From NCBI GenBank assembly GCA_963834375.1, contig CAWIBM010000001.1:69864-133863 (forward strand): DNA of 64,000 nucleotides, written 5' to 3'. The translations under genes and the position numbers were made by a program. The notes below the pieces were generated by a model. It was given only the letters and a program-made list of their open reading frames with translations. It was not told the origin of the DNA and ran no database searches. Positions 56,812 to 64,000 of the stretch are shown here, one piece after another. The DNA comes from an uncultured Acidimicrobiia bacterium (lineage in GTDB: Bacteria; Actinomycetota; Acidimicrobiia; Spongiisociales; UBA5794). Within the stretch, counting starts at the first letter, position 1, and each line of letters begins with the position of its first letter.

Positions 56812-58365
56812 ACCGCCTCCTCGCTGCAGCCCGTGGGCTGCGGACAGCAGGCTCTCCTCGGTGGCGAGCGGCGGGGTCCTGCTCGTCGACCACCGACACC
56901 GGCGTACATCACCAGCACCCGGTCGCACACCAGCGGGATCTCCCGCAGCTCGCTGGTGTACAGCAGGATGGCGGCGCCCTCGTCGGCGAGCTCGCGGAAC
57001 AGCCGGTAGATCTGCGCCTTGGTCTGGATGTCGATGCCCCGGGTGGGGTCGAAGCACAACAGCACCTTGAAGCCGGTGGCCAGCCAGCGGCCGATGGTCA
57101 GCTTCTGCTGGTTGCCGCCGGACAGCCGGCGCGCCTGGCGTTGGGCCCGCACGTCGACGTCGAGCCGGTCGATGGCGCCGGCCACCCGGGCCTTCTCGTC
57201 GGCGACCAACCCGAACCACCTGACCGATCCGGTTGTACAGCGGGGCGGCGAGGTTCTCGGTGACCGGCCGCTGGGGGAGCAGCGCCTGGAGCCGGTCGCC
57301 CGGGACCAGCACCATGCCACGCCGGATGGCGTCATACGGGGACCGGGCCGAGAGCGGCTCGCCGCCCACCAGGATCTCGCCCGAGTCGGGCTTGCGGTCG
57401 CCGGACAGCACCTGGAACAACTGGTCCTGGCCCTGGGCCTCGAGGGCGGCGATGCCGATGATCTCGCCCCGTCGCAGCAGTGAGCGACACGTCGTTGACC
57501 TTGCCGCCGCGGGAGAGGTGACGGGTCTCGAGCGCCGCCGGTTGTTCGGCACCGGGGGCGCGGCGGCCGGCCTCCTCGGCGGTCGCCTCCTCGGCGACCT
57601 CGCCGAGCATCGCCGCCACCAGCCTCGCCTCGCCGCCCTCGCCCGGCGCCAGCGACTCGACGTCACGCCCGTTGCGAAGGATGGTGGCCCGGTCGCACAG
57701 CTGCAGGACCTCGGTGAGCCGGTGGGAGATGAACAGGACCGAGCGGCCCTCCGACTTCCAGAGCCGCATGACGGTGAACACGTGCTCGGCCTGGTCGGCG
57801 GAGAGGGCGGCGGTGATCTCGTCGAGGAGCAGCAGATGGGGGTCCTGCGCCAGCGCCCTGGCCAGGTCGAGCAGCCGCAGCACGGGCAGGGGGAGGTCCT
57901 TGACCGAGGCGTCGAAGTCGAGCGCCCCGAGGTCCATCCGGTCCAGCCACTTCAGCACGGCATCGGGGTCGATCCCGGTGAGCCGCAGGTTCTGGTCGAC
58001 GGTGAGGTCGGGGATCAGCGCCGGGTCCTGGAACACGGTGGCCAGCCCGGCACTTGTGGCGTCCCGTGGCCGTCTCAGGGTCGGCGTCGGCCCCGTTGAC
58101 CGTCGACCGTCCCGCTGTCGGCGGCGATCACCCCGGAGAGGATCTTGACCATGGTGCTCTTCCCGGCGCCGTTCGCGCCGAGCAGGGCGTGGACCTCGCC
58201 CGGCATCACGGTGAGGTCCACCGAGCGCAAGGCGACCACCGGGCCATAGCTCTTGGCGATGGCCCTGGTCTCGAGCAGTGGCGACGTGTCGGTCAGGTGC
58301 TGCCCTCCGCCGGCGGCCCGCAACGTACGCCGGGCCGCCGGATGGTCGCGAGGCCGGGCGCCCAC
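56808..58365 (-). pseudogene. Sugar ABC transporter ATP-binding protein (two ATPase domains), at least 4 frameshifts
   Basis: [49 protein letters not shown], second half LSGGNQQKL, FDPTRGIDI, ILLYTSEL. Confidence 0.85.
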
Positions 58366-58400
58366 CGCGGTGGGCGCCCGGGTCTCGCAGACGGTTCAGG

Positions 58401-59491
58401 TCAGCCGCCCACCGGTGCGCAGGCGATGACGTCCTCGGCGGTGTAGGTCGTGTACGGCGCGATCTCCATGTAGGAGCTCCACCCGTCGGCGAGATCGGGG
58501 ACGTAGATCTCGTTGAGGGCGTCGGCATCGGCAGCACCGTCGAACACCTCAGGGGTGAGGATGGTGTTCTGCTCGGGCGAGCCGCCGGTGAGCGCCTCGA
58601 TGGCGATGGCGGTCCCCACGCCGCCGATGGCGGGCGGGTTGGTCACTGCCGCACCGGGCTGGCCCTCGATGAGCTGGCCGATGAACAGGTTGTTGTCGGC
58701 GCCGACCAGCGGCACCGGCTCGACGCCGGCCGTCTCGAACTGCGGCACCACCGTGTAGTCGATGCCCGAGGTCCAGATCCCGTCGACCTCCTGGGTTCCG
58801 AGGATGTCGGCGGCCTGCTGGCCGCCGACCGTCGGGTCCCAACCGGTGAAGGTCTCGGCGACGATGGTGATGTCGGGGTAGTCGGCCAGGGCGGCCTGGA
58901 ACCCGGTGTCACGGTCGGTGTCGGCCGGAACGCCGTCGATCCCGCGCATGTACAGGACGTTGCCCGAGCCGCCGAGCGACTGTCGAACAGCCAGCGGGCG
59001 CCCAGCTCGCCGTAGGCGACCTGGTCGTTGGTGACGTTGTACACGCCCTCGGCGGTCACCGCCTGGTCGATGGACACCACGACGATGCCCTGGGCGATGG
59101 CCTCTTCCAGCACCGGGTTGAGCGCCTCACGGTCCGTCGGGTTGACGATGATGGCGTCGACGCCCTGGGAGATGAGTCCCTGGATGTCGGCGATCTGCTC
59201 CGGTGTCCCGGCGTTGCGGTTGGCGAGGACGACCTCGTCGACCACGCCGGACGCCGCCGCCTGGGCCTGGATGGCGCAGACCATCTGCTCCCGCCAGGCG
59301 TTGCCGACCAGCGTGTTGCTCACCCCGATGGTGTAGGTCTCGCCACCGTCGCCGGCCGCCGACGTGGTGCCGGTGTCGCCTCCGGTGGTGTCGGTGTCGT
59401 CGTCGTCATCGCCACCGCAGGCCGCTACGGCCAGCGCCAGGACGGCGAGCAGCGCCACGAGCCGCAGGCTCGTCTTGTCTCTCGATCGCAT
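58401..59491 (-). pseudogene. Periplasmic-binding-protein-type sugar ABC substrate-binding lipoprotein, one frameshift near 58960
   Basis: [66 protein letters not shown], then [11 protein letters not shown]...[10 protein letters not shown]. Confidence 0.8.
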
Positions 59492-59546
59492 TGGTTTGGT
59501 TTCCTCCTGTTTCGACCGCCAGGTGGCGGTACTTCCGGTTTTCCCC

Positions 59547-59593
59547 GGGCCGACTCGGCCGGCGAAGCCGGCCGAACAGACGCCGGTCGGCCC
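59547..59593 (-). terminator. Nested GC-rich stem-loop between the ROK regulator gene and the ABC operon (possible terminator or attenuator, no U-tract)
   Basis: Outer stem GGGCCGAC (59547-54) / GTCGGCCC (59586-93). Inner perfect hairpin GGCCGGC-GAA-GCCGGCC (59557-73). Confidence 0.3.
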
Positions 59594-59659
59594 GCCTCCG
59601 CAGGTGGGCCTCAACCCCACTGCGGCCATGCTCATGATCTCCGCTGCCGATGGGTGATC

Positions 59660-60866
59660 TCATGCCGACGCTCCCTTGACCGCCCGCAGCGAGGCGTCGA
59701 TGACCCTGGGGTCGAGGACGTGCTCGATCGCCATGGCGGCGGCGCCGGTGATCCCCGCCCGGTCGCCCAGCGTGCTGGTGGTGACGGTGAGATGGGCGGT
59801 GGCCAGGGCGGTCGACCGCCGGTACACGACCTCGCGGATACCGGCGAGCAGGTGCTCGCCGGCCTCGGCGACGTCGCCGCCGACCACGATGCTCTCCGGG
59901 TTGAGGATGTTGACCATCGAAGCCAGCACCCGCCCGATCCGGCGCCCCGCCTCGCGGATGGCGGAAACGGCGATGTGGTCGCCGGCGTCGGCGAGCCGCA
60001 CCACGTCGCGGCTGGTCTCGGTGTCGGCGCCGCCGCCGGCGAGCTGCTCCGCCAGCGCCCGTCCGCCCGGCGACCGCCTCGAGGCAGCCGTCGTTGCCGC
60101 ACCGGCAGAGCACGCCTTCGGCGGCGGCGATCTGGACATGGCCGATGTCGCCGGCGGCGCCCTGGGCACCGCGGTGCAGCCGGCCCCCGAGGATCAGGCC
60201 GGAGCCGATGCCGGTGCCCACCTTGACGAACAGCAGGTTGTCGGGCCGGGGTGAGGCGACCCAGTGCTCGCCCAGCGCCATGATGTTCACGTCGTTGTCG
60301 ACCAGGCATGGGGCGTCGTAGTGCTCGGCGAGGCGGTCACGGATCGGGTAGCCGTGCCAGCCCGGCATGATCGGCGGGTTTACCGCCCGGCCGGCGGCGA
60401 ACTCGACCGGGCCGGGGACGCCGACACCCACCGCCACGAGATCGTCGTTGGCCTGCACCGTGCCCATGCGAGCAGACGCGTCGAAGTGGAGCTCGATCTC
60501 CCCGAGCACCGCTTCGGGCCCGGTGGCGATGTCGAGGTCGATGGCCTCCTCGGCGAGCAGCTGGCCGGCGAGGTCGGTGACGCCGAGCCGGGCGTGGGTG
60601 GCGCCGAGGTCGGCGACGAGCACCCGGCCGGCATCGCGGTTGAAGGCGAGGAAGGCGGGTGGACGGCCACCGGTGGAAGGGGCGTCCCCAACCTCGGTCA
60701 CCAGCCCGTCGGCGATGAGCCGGTCGATCCGGAGGGCGACCGTGGAGCGTGCCAGCCCGGTGGCGCCGGCGACGGCGTTGCGGGTGGTCGCCTCGCCGCG
60801 ACGGATCAACTGCAGGATCTCTCCGGGGGTTCCCACGGCGCGTACCGGCACAGTTCGGCCAGTCAA
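59660..60866 (-). pseudogene. ROK-family transcriptional regulator (N-terminal wHTH + ROK sugar-binding domain), one frameshift near 60075
   Basis: ILQLIRRGEATTRNAVAGATGLARSTVALRIDRLIADGLV, VGVGVPGPV, DNDVNIMALGE, GAAGDIGH, CRCGNDGCLEAV, ILNPESIVVGGDV. Confidence 0.85.
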
Positions 60867-60887
60867 CCACCGTACTTCGGCATGACG

Positions 60888-61769
60888 TCAAGTCAAAAGT
60901 GTTGCGCCTTCGGCCGCCCGATCGGGAAGGACACTCGGGGCCGTGCGCCCGGGCTCCACCTCGCCAGCACGGCGGCGTATCGAGCGGCGTGGTCGGCATA
61001 GGCGGCGTCGAACAGCTTGGCGGATCGCTCGGCCCCGACCACCGACGCCGAGGTGATGACCGGGGGCATCGCGCCCCGCTCCACGAGCAGCTCGCGCGGT
61101 GCGCACCTTGATCTCGTTGGCGATGGCGACGTTGGCCACGCTGGACAGCGGCCCGACCGGGGTGTCGAGCCCTTCGATGGCGATGGCGGCGTCGCCCACC
61201 GGGATGCACAGGTCGATGACGAGGTCGGCGTGGTCGACCAGCGACGTCCCCGACGAATGCCCGGAGGGGAAGCCGGTCGCCTGGGCAACCGACGTCACCG
61301 CCACCACGACGGGGCCGCGCCGCCGGGCCCCCATCGCCATCTCGATGGGCACCGCGGTGCGGCCTCCGGCGCTCCACACGATCATCACGTCGTCGGATCC
61401 GAAGGAGAAGTTGTCCAGGATCGCCTCGGCCAGGCCTTCGACCCGCTCGATGTACATCGCCTGCCGCTGTCCGTTGGACCCGGTGACCTGGGTGTGGAAG
61501 GTCATCGACAGCTCCGCCATCGGGTGGAAGCCGGGGTAGGAGCCGTAGCGGGGGAACGTCTCCTCGAGCGGGATGCGGGAGTGCCCGGTACCGAACAGGT
61601 GGACCAGCCCACCGGCGGCGATGGCGTCGGCGCAGCGGGCTGCGGTGGCGTCGATCACCTCCATCTGCGTCTCCTCCAGGAGGTCGAGGAGCTGCCGGGC
61701 GGCGGTGAGCCAGCCGGCGGTGCGCTCGCCAGAGGAGGCGGACCCGTCCGAAGCGGCAATCGGTGTCAT
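60888..61769 (-). pseudogene. SIS (sugar isomerase)-domain protein, UPF0309-like, one frameshift near the 3' end
   Basis: GGLVHLFGTGHSRIPLEE, DVMIVWSAGGRTAVPIEMAMGARRRGPVVVAVTS, LVDHADLVIDLCIPVGDA. The tail continues in the frame of ORF 60893..61288. Confidence 0.7.
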
Positions 61770-61811
61770 CGCCTGCGGCATTGCGTACTCTTGGGTCGAT
61801 CGGGAGCGAAA

Positions 61812-61821
61812 TGTCTAGACA
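61812..61821. promoter_or_regulatory. GntR/HutC-type operator palindrome in the divergent SIS / gntR promoter region
   Basis: TGTCTAGACA is a perfect 10-bp palindrome. It fits the HutC-subfamily core GT-N-TA-N-AC and resembles the DasR dre core (TGGTCTAGACCA). It lies 16 nt upstream of the GntR ATG. Confidence 0.5.
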
Positions 61822-61836
61822 GGTTGGACTGTAGGG

Positions 61837-62582
61837 ATGGGCGCCGTGCCGGCGTCAACCGGAGCCGTCCGCGGCAGCCCGCCACGAGCAGATTGCCGAG
61901 TACCTGAGGAAGGTGGTGGCCGCTGCCTCGCCCGGGCGACCGGCTGCCCTCGGACGCCGAGCTGTGCGCCCGGTTCGGGGTGAGCCGGATGACCGCCCGG
62001 CAGGCGGTGCAGACGCTGGCCAACGAACGGGTGCTCTACCGGCAGCGGGGGCGAGGCACCTTCGTGGCGGCGCGGCAGATCCCCAGGGTGCTCGGCTCGC
62101 CGCTGTCGTTCACGGCCTCGACCCGCCGCCGGGGGATGGTGCCCGGCTCGGTGGTGCTCGCCTCGGGCCGCCGGCCGGCCACGGAGGACGAGGCCGAGGC
62201 ACTCGGCTGGCGCCGGAAGACCTGGTGGTGATGGTCGAACGGGTTCGGCTGGCGGACGGGGTGCCGATGGCGATCGAGCACGCCGCCATCCATCCCTCTT
62301 GTGCGAGTTCGTGCTCGACGACGACCTCGCCACCGGGTCGCTCCACGACAGCTTCGCCGCCCACGGCCGCACCGTCGCCGCCGCCTTCGCCCGGGTCGCC
62401 TCCCGCCGGGCGACGGCGGTGGAACGGCGGCTGCTCGAGCTCGGGGTCGACGGGGTGGTCCTCACCGAGCGACGCACCATCGTCGACCAGGAAGGTCAAC
62501 CGCTGGAACACACCGAGACCGTTTACGCAGCCGAGCGCTACAGCTTCGAAGCGGTTCTGCACTCGGGCGAGGACCGGATTGA
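61837..62582 (+). pseudogene. GntR-family (HutC subfamily, UTRA effector domain) transcriptional regulator, about 5 frameshifts; 3' end approximate
   Basis: HEQIAEYLRKVV, LPSDAELCARFGVSRMTARQAVQTLANERVLYRQRGRGTFVA, VVMVERVRLADGVPMAIEHAAI, VVLTERRTIVDQEGQPLEHTETVYAAERYSFEAVL. Confidence 0.8.
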
Positions 62583-63517
62583 GCCGGCTGCTGGGGCTCG
62601 ACTTCGGTGGGACCAACATCAAGGTGGTGATCCTCACCGACGCCCCGGTGGCGACCCCGAGGTGGTCTGGACCGATCAACGACCCACCCGGGCCGAAGGA
62701 GGCCCCGACGTCGTTGTCGGCGAGCTCGTCGCCGCCGGTCGGGATGCGATGGATGCGCACGGCCCGATCGACGCCGTCGGGCTGGGCATCCCCGGCGTCT
62801 TCGACCCGCGAGGCGGGCACCATCCTGCTGTTTCCCAACTTTCCCGGCGAATGGGCCGGGCACCCGATCCGTCAACCGATCTCGGAGGCGCTCGGGCTCC
62901 CGGTGGCGATGATCAACGACGCCAGGGCGTTCACCCTGGCCGAGGGGACGATCGGCGCGGGGCGCGGCTGCCGCAGCATCGTCGCCATGACGCTGGGTAC
63001 CGGCATCGGCGGCGGGGTGATGATCGACGGCAGGCTCATCACCGGGGTCAGTGGCAGGGCCGGCGAGATCGGCCACCAGATCATCGAGGTCGACGGGCCC
63101 CCCTGCGGGTGCGGTAATCGGGGGTGCGTCGAGGCGCTCACCCGGGCCGGGGTGCTCACCGGGCTGGCCGGCAGGAACACCGTCGAAGAGGTGTACCGGG
63201 CGGCGGCGGACGGTGACGAGCGGGTCCGCCGCCATCGCCCGGGTCGCCGACTACCTCGGGGTGGCGCTGGCCAACATCGTCACCGTGATCGGGCCGGAGC
63301 GCATCGTCGTCGGCGGCGGGGTGATGGCCGGCGGCGAGCGGGTGCTGGCCCCATCCGCCAGGCGGTGTTACGCCAGGTGACATTGGCGCCGCCCAACACC
63401 ATCTCGGTGGTTGCCGCCGAGTTGGGCACCATGGCCGGGGCGATCGGGGCGGCCCTGGCGGCTCGCCTCCCCCATCGGGGAGTGGCAGCAGCACGGGCCG
63501 AAGACCGGCACCGCTGA
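62579..63517 (+). pseudogene. ROK-family sugar kinase (glucokinase-like), about 4 frameshifts
   Basis: LGLDFGGTNIKVVIL, VAMINDARAFTLAEG, MTLGTGIGGGVMIDGRL, GRAGEIGHQ, PCGCGNRGCVEAL, IVVGGGVMAG. Confidence 0.8.
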
Positions 63518-63584
63518 CGAGGAAGGAGGCTCCGCTAAGTCCCCCTTGCGATCTGAGTGTCACGCCTATTACGTCCCTGCTCGG

Positions 63585-63613
63585 CTTCCTTCCCCCCGAA
63601 GGGGAAAGGGAAG
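63585..63613. terminator. Stem-loop between convergent genes (bidirectional terminator-like, no clear U-tract)
   Basis: CTTCCTTCCCC-CCGAA-GGGGAAAGGGAAG has about 11 bp of pairing with two bulges. It sits between the ROK kinase stop (63517) and the M20 gene stop (63616). Confidence 0.4.
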
Positions 63614-63615
63614 CG

Positions 63616-64000
63616 CTAGCCGCGGCGGATGCGGCGGAGGGCCAGCTCGGCCAGCAGGGCGGCGGCGTCGGGGAGCACCGAGTCGTCGAAGGCGGCCCGG
63701 GGTGAGTGGTTGTCGGGGCGGTCGCCGGGTCCCCGGGACAGGCGCTGATGCCCACGTAGGCGCCCGGCACCTCCTCGAGGATGAACGAGAAGTCCTCCGA
63801 CCCGGTCTCCGGGTAGATCCATCCGGTGGAACCGGTCGGCGCCGAACAGGTCGACGATCGTGTCTGCGGCGAAGTCGTACTCGGTCGTCGTCGTTGACGG
63901 TGACCGGGTATCCCCGCTGGTAGTCGACGTCGGCTAGCAGCCCGTGGGCCAGGCGATCCCCCCACCAGCTCGACGGGGCCGCCTCGGCCCAGGTCGCGAT
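63616..64000 (-). pseudogene. 3' part of an M20-family amidohydrolase/peptidase (N-acyl-amino-acid amidohydrolase-like); cut by the window edge and frame-shifted
   Basis: GSEDFSFILEEVPGAYVGI and DNHSPRAAFDDSVLPDAAALLAELALRRIRRG* lie in two frames. Confidence 0.6.

Overview
High-G+C segment (about 70% by eye) with actinobacterial hallmarks: GTG/TTG starts, 4-nt ATGA/GTGA stop/start overlaps, lipoproteins with an L-A-(A/G)-C lipobox followed by GGDD, and a GAAC-N4-GTTC SOS box. I can place 59 protein-coding loci, one cobalamin riboswitch, a small family of palindromic intergenic repeats and a few operator- or terminator-like sites. I saw no rRNA, tRNA, CRISPR array, transposase, integrase or phage gene.

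Gene content from left to right:
- A purine/nucleoside island: an ssnA-like amidohydrolase plus a fused xdhD-like Mo-hydroxylase, an adenine/adenosine deaminase, a BMP-type ABC importer, a three-subunit FAD/2Fe-2S/Mo hydroxylase and a cupin.
- A tandem-HTH mini-protein, CapA, the H+-pyrophosphatase gene hppA, and DedA.
- Three exported proteins of unknown function, one with an extensin-like/LAS HxH domain.
- A UvrD-like helicase and dinB behind an SOS box, then an FAD oxidase and an ATP-dependent DNA ligase.
- A B12-riboswitch operon: an anchored alpha/alpha-toroid protein, a DUF4430-like protein, EcfT, a fused EcfA-A' and an S component.
- An MFS transporter, a thioredoxin-like protein, a fadI/fadJ-like pair, a Uma2 nuclease, a membrane-GNAT fusion and a DEAD-box helicase.
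- A lower-GC AraC-VOC-NTF2 islet.
- A large carbohydrate locus with two Gfo/Idh/MocA enzymes, an aldehyde dehydrogenase, a PTE-like hydrolase, an FAD oxidoreductase, a TIM-barrel isomerase, a ribose-type ABC importer, ROK and GntR regulators, a SIS protein and a ROK kinase.

The dominant global property is that about three-quarters of the loci (44 of 59) are interrupted by frameshifts as the sequence stands. Their protein sequence continues intact in another frame. These loci are typed 'pseudogene', meaning frame-disrupted as given, which could be sequencing indels. Their ends carry an uncertainty of several nt to tens of nt.

I found no defence-like or otherwise clearly novel multi-gene system. 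The best candidates for something under-described are the riboswitch-controlled B12 capture/ECF operon, the palindromic repeat family, and the exported-protein cluster at 22.3-24.9 kb.
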